In this document: piece after piece, positions 9,638 through 16,073 of the stretch
Position numbering within the stretch: position 1 is the stretch's first letter
How the letters are laid out: the number at the start of each line of letters is the position of its first letter
Assembly: GCA_030754595.1 (NCBI GenBank)
Contig: JASLZZ010000014.1
Coordinates: 1-19,297 of the forward strand
Source of the DNA: Nitrospinota bacterium
GTDB taxonomy: Bacteria > UBA8248
Direction: 5' to 3'
DNA: 19,297 bases
Made by a program: the position numbers and the translations under genes
The notes under the pieces: generated by a model
Database searches by the model: none
What the model was told of the DNA's origin: nothing
What the model saw: the letters and a program-made list of their open reading frames with translations, nothing else

Positions 9638-10354
9638 ATGGGATTTTCATCCGTCGTCGCCCTCGTCAAGGACGAATCCTCGCACTACCTCCAGGCGGGC
9701 CCCTCCTGGGCCCAGACCGTTCTGCCGCTGAGCCTGATGGACCAGGCGTTCCGCCGGCACCTGAAAAACCTTCTCGACCTGGCCCACGCGCGCATGGATC
9801 TCGAGACGATTTATCTGGCCCACCGCGTCAGCCGCGAGCAGCTTCACGCCGTGCAGTACACCGATCCGCTCACGGGGCTGTTGAACCGAAGGGGATTCGA
9901 GGACTCCGGGGCGCGCGAACTCTCCCGGACCGCCCGGACGGGCCAAACGATGGGTTTCGTGATCCTCGACATCGACAAGTTCAAGAACATCAACGACACC
10001 TACGGCCATCCGGCCGGGGACGATGTGCTCCGCGAACTGGCGCAAATTCTCCGCGAGCAGACGCGGACACTGGACCACGTATTCCGGTTCGGCGGCGAGG
10101 AGTTCGGAGTAGTCCTCCCGCACACCCCGCCCGAGGAGATGATCCATGTCTGCGAGAGGATCCGGACAAAGGTCGAGGAGACCCACTTCGCGTCCATGCC
10201 CAAGGCAGGCGCCGTGATGATCAGCATGGGCGCCCTATCCGTGGGCTCTGAAAAACGCCCCAAGCTCGAGAACGTTTACCCCGTCGCCGACGAGCTCCTC
10301 TACCGCGCCAAACAAGAGGGCCGGAACCGGGTCATCTCCGACACCTTCAGATAA
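9638..10354 (+). CDS. GGDEF diguanylate cyclase (probably the C-terminal part of a gene starting at 9194)
   Basis: TDPLTGLLNRR, DIDKFKNINDTYGHPAGD, I-site RTLD five residues before the active GGEEF, ADELLYRAKQEGRNR. Confidence 0.9.
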   Translation: MGFSSVVALVKDESSHYLQAGPSWAQTVLPLSLMDQAFRRHLKNLLDLAHARMDLETIYLAHRVSREQLHAVQYTDPLTGLLNRRGFEDSGARELSRTARTGQTMGFVILDIDKFKNINDTYGHPAGDDVLRELAQILREQTRTLDHVFRFGGEEFGVVLPHTPPEEMIHVCERIRTKVEETHFASMPKAGAVMISMGALSVGSEKRPKLENVYPVADELLYRAKQEGRNRVISDTFR

Positions 10355-10361
10355 ATTTCAA

Positions 10362-11156
10362 TCAAACGATCGCCACCGGGCGGACGGGCGATCCCGTTCC
10401 CCCGCGGATTTTCAGCGGAAGCGCAACAAATAGAAATTCGTAGGTCCTCGTCCGGCCCAGTTCCTCGAGGTCGGCGATCTCGAGAAGGTGAATCCCCTTC
10501 TCCACCAGCATGTGAACGTGCACCGGGCTCGCGGGGTCGGGCCTCACTTCGACGCAGTAGGTGTCCGAGCCCACCATCCAGATGCCCCTATCGGAGAGCC
10601 ACTTCGCCCCCTCGAGATTGAGGCCCGGCTGGCCGCTCTTCTGGAAGTAATAGTCCCGCTCGGGCCAGTGCCCGAATTGGCCCGTGCGGACGAGGACGAC
10701 GTCGCCCTCGCCGATCCGCACGCCCTGCGCTCCGGCGGCGGCATCGAGTTCGGCGGGGCCGATGCCGAATCCGCCTTCGAGGACCTCTTTTTTCAGGTGA
10801 GCCGCCACATCGAGGAGCACCCCCCGCTGCACGAAGGGCGCCACCGTCTCGATGCCGTGGGCCTTCATTCCTTCGGTCTTGCTCTGAACGCTCACTGCGT
10901 CGATGCCGCCGTGGAGCTTCAGGTCCTTCGAGTAATGGCTCAGCGCGTCGATGTGTGTCCCGGTGTGACCTGTGCAGAAAATGGCCTCGACGGAGGAGCA
11001 GGCCCCGCCCTCGACCATCCAGTCGCCGTGCTCGCGGTTCAGGGTGAAGCCGTAGGGGGCGTGAAGGGGAACATGGGGCATCCCCGGAAACAGATCGACA
11101 CCCATGTCGAACACCTGGCTGCCGCGGACAAACGAGCAAAGATCTTCGAAATTCAT
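10362..11156 (-). CDS. Cyclase family metal-dependent hydrolase (kynurenine formamidase-like)
   Basis: HTGTHIDALSH (HxGTHxDxxxH), GDVVLVRTG, PLKIRGGTGSPVRPVA. ATG 11156 follows a G-rich SD; the ORF is open from 11192. Confidence 0.9.
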   Translation of the reverse strand: MNFEDLCSFVRGSQVFDMGVDLFPGMPHVPLHAPYGFTLNREHGDWMVEGGACSSVEAIFCTGHTGTHIDALSHYSKDLKLHGGIDAVSVQSKTEGMKAHGIETVAPFVQRGVLLDVAAHLKKEVLEGGFGIGPAELDAAAGAQGVRIGEGDVVLVRTGQFGHWPERDYYFQKSGQPGLNLEGAKWLSDRGIWMVGSDTYCVEVRPDPASPVHVHMLVEKGIHLLEIADLEELGRTRTYEFLFVALPLKIRGGTGSPVRPVAIV

Positions 11157-11296
11157 AGCGGACCCCCGATAGGAATGGATGGACGTATTCACCGCTCTGG
11201 AAAAATGGACACTTCCATTCTAGACTTCACCTTACGCCCCGACAATGCGGCAGCCCGCCACCCGCACCCGGCGCCCGGAACCGACGAGAAACCGAT

Positions 11297-11716
11297 TTGA
11301 GCACGATAAGCGCGTTTATCCATCCCGCCGTCCAGACGGTCTCGCTGATCCTCGGTCTCTTCCTTCTGGCGCTGGGACTGCGGATCAGAAAAAGCCGTCA
11401 GTCGGGGGCCCAAACCGCCCGGCTCTCGTCCCTGCACATGCGGCTGGGCCGGTGCTTCACCGCCCTGATCGCGGGGGGTTATCTCATCGGCCCGATCGGG
11501 ATGCGCTACGCGCTGGGCGAACCCGTATTCGCCTCGGCGCACGGTTACTTCGGCACCCTCGCGCTCGCTCTCTTTTTGGGGACCGCCTACCTCGGACGAA
11601 AACTCAGGCTCGCCCCGGACAGTGAGGATTTTCGGCAAATCCACGTTTTTTGCGCCTTCATCGCCGTATTCGTCTCCCTCGCCGTGGCGATTCTGGGGTT
11701 TCAGCTGCTCCCCTGA
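11297..11716 (+). CDS. Four-TM membrane protein with four His, DUF4079/cytochrome b561-like
   Basis: Four hydrophobic helices, each with a His near its start (IHP, LHMRLG, AHGYFG, IHVFC). The family call is from pattern recall. Confidence 0.65.
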   Translation: MSTISAFIHPAVQTVSLILGLFLLALGLRIRKSRQSGAQTARLSSLHMRLGRCFTALIAGGYLIGPIGMRYALGEPVFASAHGYFGTLALALFLGTAYLGRKLRLAPDSEDFRQIHVFCAFIAVFVSLAVAILGFQLLP

Positions 11717-11943
11717 AGCGGCGAAAACAGGGCATAATACGGTCTCTCCCTTTGCCTCCCCGCCAAAATGATCACCCGCCTACGGAATAAGACCTCGCCT
11801 GGGATGTTCCATAAAAAGAATATCTTCTATCGATTCAAACAAGGGAAACTGACTTTTGAAACCAACAATCCACCGGTTGTCGATACTTTTTGACGATATT
11901 TCCGGGCCTCGCGGGTCCGGCCCTTTGCGGAGGTAAGCAGGTC

Positions 11944-12561
11944 ATGTCTCGACGATTAGTGACGATCTCGTTCGGCGCGCTCCTCGCCCTCTCTCTGTGG
12001 GCGGCGGCGCCCGCCGATCGGGCCAGCGCCCAAAACCCCTGCGGGGGGGGCAATCCCTGCGCGGCCAAAAACCCGTGCGCTGCGAAGAACCCCTGCGCGG
12101 CCAATCCGTGCGCTGCCAAAAACCCGTGCGGCACTAATCCCTGCGCGGCGAAGAACCCTTGCGGCGGAAACCCCTGCAACCCCTGCGGCGGCGGGGGCGC
12201 GAGCGCCCGTTTCGAAGGTGTGATGATCTCGGGCAAGGTGGCCGGTTACAAGGGCAATTTCCTGAACATCCAATCCGCGAACGGCAAGGTCATTCCTGTC
12301 CACCTTCAAAAGACCACCATCGCCCACATCGGCAACAAAACCGTTGGCGCCAAAACCCTTCGCCGGGGAATGGCGGTGAGCATCTCGACCCAGGCGCGCG
12401 GAAATTACCACAAGGCCAACTTCATATACGCCCGGGCCGGAGGCGGAGGCGGCAACCCGTGCGGCGGAAATCCCTGCGCAGCGAAAAATCCTTGCGGCGG
12501 GAAAAATCGCTGTGGCGGGAACCCCTGCGCAGCCAAAAACCCCTGCGCAAAGAGAAAATAG
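11944..12561 (+). CDS. Secreted NPC-repeat (Cys-rich) protein with a central small beta domain (DUF5666/OB-fold-like)
   Basis: GGAGG SD at 11929; signal peptide MSRRLV...ASA; 10 NPC units, a ~85-aa beta-rich domain (ISGKVAGYKGNFLNI...LRRGMAVSI), then 5 NPC plus 1 NRC; ends TAG TAA. Confidence 0.85.
   Translation: MSRRLVTISFGALLALSLWAAAPADRASAQNPCGGGNPCAAKNPCAAKNPCAANPCAAKNPCGTNPCAAKNPCGGNPCNPCGGGGASARFEGVMISGKVAGYKGNFLNIQSANGKVIPVHLQKTTIAHIGNKTVGAKTLRRGMAVSISTQARGNYHKANFIYARAGGGGGNPCGGNPCAAKNPCGGKNRCGGNPCAAKNPCAKRK
12034..12186 (+). repeat. Coding tandem repeat block 1: 10 x NPC with AAK/AA/GG/GT spacers
   Basis: AAY-CCN-TGC units with varied synonymous codons. Confidence 0.95.
12454..12546 (+). 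repeat. Coding tandem repeat block 2: 5 x NPC plus 1 NRC
   Basis: NPCGGNPCAAKNPCGGKNRCGGNPCAAKNPC. Confidence 0.95.
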
Positions 12562-12626
12562 TAAGCCGCTTGAGCGGCGATTCCTTTCTCGGGAATGTTG
12601 TTTTTATATAATCGGAGACCAAAAAA

Positions 12627-13331
12627 ATACGAAAGCTCTGTTCGTTCATTGTAATCGCGCTCACGGCGGCCCTAGCCCTTCCAATGGCGTATTCCGAAGC
12701 TGCCACGCAAATCGCCAAGAAGAAAACCGTTACGCCGCCTCCCTTCTTCTTCACCCAGAAGCGAGACGGATGGGGAAGCTCCATCGCCGTCTCCGTCAAG
12801 CGGGGCAAGAAGGTCTTCCGCGATGTCGGCTGCGTGGGCTGTCACCCCCGTGGCCGCACGGTCGGCGGCACGGCCGTGGACGTCATGGGCAACCGCAACC
12901 CCGTGCCCATCCCGACTCTAATAGGCGCGGCCGAGCACTTCCCGCGCCTGAGCCCGGCCGGCCAGGTCATCAACCTGGGACAGATGAACGACCTCTGTGC
13001 CGCCGTCTTCACCGTCCATCCGCCGATGGACCCCTACTCACAGAAGTACAAAGACCTCGAAGCCTACGTCTCCTCCCTCTCGCCGAAGAAATACAAGCGG
13101 ATGCTGAGTTGGGAGAAAAAGCGCAAGGCCTTGCTAGCGAAAGTGAAGCCCGCCGGAGGCGGCCGCTCCAATCCGTGCAACCCCTGCGGAGGAAACCCCT
13201 GCGCCGCGAACCCCTGCGCGGCAAAGAACCCTTGCGGCGGAAACCCTTGCGCCGCGAAGAATCCTTGTGGCGGAAATCCCTGCGCCGCGAAAAATCCCTG
13301 CGCGGGCAGGAACCCCTGCGCGAGGAAATAG
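12627..13331 (+). CDS. Monoheme cytochrome c (SoxA/TsdA-like domain, predicted His/Cys ligation) with C-terminal NPC-repeat tail
   Basis: CVGCH at 12831-12845; AAEHFP...VINLGQMNDLC...DLEAYVSSL pattern. The signal peptide RKLCSFIVIALTAALALPMAYSEA is complete only from ATA 12627, after a GGAG SD; the first ATG is at 12684. Confidence 0.8.
   Translation: MRKLCSFIVIALTAALALPMAYSEAATQIAKKKTVTPPPFFFTQKRDGWGSSIAVSVKRGKKVFRDVGCVGCHPRGRTVGGTAVDVMGNRNPVPIPTLIGAAEHFPRLSPAGQVINLGQMNDLCAAVFTVHPPMDPYSQKYKDLEAYVSSLSPKKYKRMLSWEKKRKALLAKVKPAGGGRSNPCNPCGGNPCAANPCAAKNPCGGNPCAAKNPCGGNPCAAKNPCAGRNPCARK
13170..13319 (+). repeat. Coding tandem repeat block 3: 10 x NPC
   Basis: NPCNPCGGNPCAANPCAAKNPCGGNPCAAKNPCGGNPCAAKNPCAGRNPC. 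Confidence 0.95.
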
Positions 13332-13407
13332 CGCGAGCGCAAATTTTCACGGCGGGAGAATTCCTGTAGCATTCTTCGCCAGCGCATCCATTTCATCGGG
13401 TCTCGCC

Positions 13408-13449
13408 CGGGCGCGGAAGAAGCCGGGTCCTCTTCCGCGCCCGAGTTTT
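13408..13449 (+). terminator. Intergenic 13-bp hairpin; possible weak terminator or mRNA stabiliser
   Basis: CGGGCGCGGAAGA-10 nt-TCTTCCGCGCCCG followed by AGTTTT. Confidence 0.45.
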
Positions 13450-13486
13450 GCCTGAACCATCGACCGAAAGAGAGGATCAATACGCC

Positions 13487-14284
13487 ATGAGCCGCAACGC
13501 GCTGACACGGACGGGAATCGCGGCCTTCGCACTGGGCCTTCTCGCCGCCTTCTCCGCTCCCGCCCTCGCCGCCCCCGCCAAGCACCCCCGCCGAGCGGAA
13601 TTGAACAAGGGCGACTACTGGCTCGGCAAGGAGATCTACGAGGAGATCTGCTTCTCCTGCCACGGCACCAAAGGCAACGGGCAAGGCCCGAGTTTCAGGT
13701 CCTCCCGCCCCCGGCCCCAAGTGTTCACCAGCTCCTATATGAAGCGCATGACGGACGACTATATTTTCCTAATCGTCAAATTCGGAAAAATAAATGTCCT
13801 GCTCGATAAAACCAAGGGTTTCAAACTCAATGCAACCACCCCGACGGCGATGCCCGCCTTCGGCGAGGTGCTCGAGGACGAACAGATCCGCAAGCTGATC
13901 AAATGGGAGCACGGCCTCACCACCGGCAAAAAAATCAAGGACGAGGAGTCGACCGAGATATTCAAGGACGCATGCTCCCAGTGCCACGGCCTCGCGGGCC
14001 GGGGCGACGGCGAGCGCCCCCGGGGCAGCCAGCCTCTCGGCAAACCCTTCGTGAGCGAGATTCAGCCGCCTCCGATGGACTACACTCTAAAAGAGCAGAT
14101 GGCCCGCTTCGACGACGAATTCCTCTTCACGCTCATCAAGTACGGCCGCCTTGAGGCCACCACCGTCAAAAAATTCGACTACATGAAGGCCTACGGCCAT
14201 GTCCTGAACGACGATGAAATCTGGGGCGTCGTGCGTTATGTGCGCGAGACATTCATCAACGGGAAACCGCGAAAGAAAAAATAG
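13487..14284 (+). CDS. Periplasmic diheme class I cytochrome c
   Basis: GAGG SD; signal peptide ending ALA; CFSCH (13649) and CSQCH (13973), each followed by G..G.G.G; distal Met candidates TAMPAF and YMKAY; two-fold internal repeat. Confidence 0.9.
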   Translation: MSRNALTRTGIAAFALGLLAAFSAPALAAPAKHPRRAELNKGDYWLGKEIYEEICFSCHGTKGNGQGPSFRSSRPRPQVFTSSYMKRMTDDYIFLIVKFGKINVLLDKTKGFKLNATTPTAMPAFGEVLEDEQIRKLIKWEHGLTTGKKIKDEESTEIFKDACSQCHGLAGRGDGERPRGSQPLGKPFVSEIQPPPMDYTLKEQMARFDDEFLFTLIKYGRLEATTVKKFDYMKAYGHVLNDDEIWGVVRYVRETFINGKPRKKK

Positions 14285-14290
14285 GCGGCC

Positions 14291-15070
14291 ATGAGTACCG
14301 GCGGCGCCAAAGCGGCGATCCTCACAGCGGCAATCCTCGCCTGTCTCCCGGCCACGCCGGGGTGGACGGCCACGCAAAAACCACCAACCGGCGATAAAAT
14401 GGTTTTCGTCGAGGCGGGTTCCTTCATCCAGGGAAGCGAGGACGGCCCGCTTCAGGAGCTTCCCGTCCGGCGAATCCATCTCGACAGCTTCCGGATAGAC
14501 CGCGACGAGGTCTCTGTCAGTGAATGGGAGCGCTTCCGGAGCGCGACTGGCCACCGGCCTTCCAAATACGCTTTCGACTCCGCACTACACCGCCCGCGGC
14601 TTCCCATAACCGGCGTCAGCTGGCACGACGCGTCGGCCTATTGCCGCTGGCGGGGAGCGCGGCTACCCACCGAGGCCGAGTGGGAAAAAGCCGCGCGCGG
14701 ACCGGGCGGGCGGCGCTACCCCTGGTGAGATGCTTTCGACCCCGCCCTCGCGGCCCACGGCGGCCGGGGCGCCCCTCCCCCGGTGGGTGGGAGGCCCGGC
14801 GGCGAGAGCCCCTACGGCGCGCGCGGGATGGCGGGCGACGTCTGGGAGTAGACCCACGACTTCTGGGATGAGTTCTACTACCGCGAGTCCCCGGCGCGGA
14901 ATCCCCAGGGCCCGCCCTCGGGATTTCTCCACACCATCAAGGGCGGCTCCTGGCGCAACGCGCCCGAGATGCTCCGCGCAGCCACCCGCTTTCGCCTCGA
15001 CGGCATCATCCGCTGGAAAATCTTCGGCTTTCGCTGCGCGAAGGACGCCCCCTCCTCTCCCTCACCCTAG
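14291..15070 (+). pseudogene. Exported FGE-sulfatase-domain (SUMF1/NirV/PvdO-like) protein with two in-frame stops
   Basis: One frame gives VSWHDA.AYCRW, RLPTEAEWEKAARG, YPW*(TGA 14726), SPYG..GMAGDVWE*(TAG 14849), KGGSW and GFRC, ending at TAG 15068-15070. Confidence 0.85.
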
Positions 15071-15109
15071 CCCTAGCCCTAGCCCTAGCCCTCTCCCAGA
15101 GGGAGAGGG
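15059..15109. repeat. REP-like palindromic element with an expanded hexamer: CCCTCA-(CCCTAG)4-CCCTCTCCC-AGA-GGGAGAGGG
   Basis: Four exact CCCTAG copies at 15065-15088 and a perfect 9-bp stem at 15089-15109. Confidence 0.75.
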
Positions 15110-15179
15110 GATAAATGCTCCCCCCCCCCCACCGCCACCGGGAAAGGTGCGCCGGGGGCGGTCCCGAGTTCTCCTCAAA

Positions 15180-15225
15180 GTCCACATTATGTGGACATTA
15201 TCCCTCTATTCCTATAAAGTAGGAA
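15180..15225 (+). promoter_or_regulatory. Sigma70-like promoter overlapped by two palindromes
   Basis: TGGACA (15192-15197), 17-nt spacer, TAAAGT (15215-15220). Palindromes GTCCACAT-T-ATGTGGAC (15180-15196) and TTCCTA-N5-TAGGAA (15209-15225). Confidence 0.55.
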
Positions 15226-15301
15226 CAATTCCTGAAGAATGCTGGACTTCCCTCCTTCGGAATTGCCCCTGCCGGCCTTCGGGTGCGGCGGGGGTTTTTT
15301 T
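15226..15301 (+). ncRNA. Candidate ~75-nt small regulatory RNA
   Basis: Lies between the promoter and the terminator. Stem CAATTCC(T)GAAG/CTTCGGAATTG has a loop exposing CTTCCCTC (anti-SD-like). No family recognised. Confidence 0.5.
15266..15301 (+). terminator. Rho-independent terminator
   Basis: GC stem CCCCTGCCG-GCC / GGT-G-CGGCGGGGG closed by a cTTCGg tetraloop, then T7 (15295-15301). Confidence 0.8.
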
Positions 15302-15404
15302 GACTTCCCTCTCAAAATTTCTCCGTATCCCGTCCCCCTCCGGGGTAGAATCCGGCCGAATCGCTAGATTTTCTCCTGCACTTATGTCCGTGGAGGTGAT
15401 TTGC

Positions 15405-15869
15405 ATGGAACAAAGATTCAGCGTGGTGACACTCGGGGTGGCCGACCTGGACCGGGCGCGGCGGTTCTATGAGGAAGGCCTGGGATGGACGCCTTCGGGC
15501 GAGGGGAGCGGTGAGATCGTTTTCTTTCAAACGGGCGCCTCGGCCCTGGCCCTCTACCCGCTCTCCGCTCTCGCCGAGGAGTTCACTCCGCCGGGCGGCG
15601 AAGCGGCCTCCGGCGGAGTCGCGGACTCCTGCGGAAGCGGGGGATTCGGCGGGGTCACGCTCGCCCATAACGTCCGCCGCCGCGAGGATGCGGTCCTGAC
15701 GCTCAGGGAGGCCGAAGCCGCCGGGGCCGCGATCCTCAAGCCCGCGCAGGATGTCTTCTGGGGCGGCTACTCGGGCTACTTCGCCGACCCGGACGGCCAT
15801 CCCTGGGAGGTCGTCTGGAACCCGCACTGGGAGATGAATGAGGATGGAGGGCTGATCCTGCCCGGCTAA
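15405..15869 (+). CDS. VOC/glyoxalase family protein
   Basis: GGAGGTGA SD; VVTLGVADLDRARRFYE, VTLAHNV, FWGGYSGYFADPDGHPWEVVWNP. Confidence 0.92.
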   Translation: MEQRFSVVTLGVADLDRARRFYEEGLGWTPSGEGSGEIVFFQTGASALALYPLSALAEEFTPPGGEAASGGVADSCGSGGFGGVTLAHNVRRREDAVLTLREAEAAGAAILKPAQDVFWGGYSGYFADPDGHPWEVVWNPHWEMNEDGGLILPG

Positions 15870-16073
15870 CGGGGAGGCGCTCCGGCACAAAAAGGCCTTC
15901 CGGGGCCGGGAGGAAAGGATTGTTCCGCCTGAAAACGGGAAAAGCCGCCTCCCGGCCGCGGTTTCCAATGGGGGTGCCTCACATCGTATTTTCAGCTAAA
16001 CTCGGGGATATCTATGCGGGAAACACCGCCGGAATCGTGAGCGCTCGATGGGATATCAGGACAAGAGCCCCGG

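Noticed and set aside
26..11300. Long overlapping alternative-frame and antisense ORFs (e.g. 26-1084, 1432-2103, 5653-7038, 10488-11300)
   Set aside because: These are shadow ORFs typical of high-GC DNA, overlapping well-supported genes and lacking recognisable motifs.
12034..13319. NPC repeat blocks as a CRISPR array or non-coding satellite
   Set aside because: Units are 9-18 nt, in frame, vary at synonymous positions and have no unique spacers; no cas genes are present.
11835..13720. Antisense ORFs with QGFFAA/QGFPP repeats (11835-12236, 13064-13720)
   Set aside because: They are mirror translations of the NPC repeats; the signal peptides, SD sites and heme motifs are on the plus strand.
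14726..14728. Selenocysteine at the in-frame TGA
   Set aside because: The aligned residue is the Gly of YPWG, not Cys, and a second stop (TAG) follows; the GC-rich downstream pairing is not convincing as a SECIS.
4684..14851. Genome-wide stop codon reassignment (TGA=Gly/Trp or TAG=sense)
   Set aside because: TGA ends mrpB, mrpC, mrpE and pabB at expected lengths with ATGA/GTGA overlaps. TAG ends mrpD, the LLM gene and both cytochromes at natural C-termini.
14730..15404. 379-aa ORF as an N-terminally extended VOC protein with PSPSPS and poly-Pro
   Set aside because: The extension is an off-frame reading of the FGE gene, the repeat element and the terminator; a strong SD marks ATG 15405.
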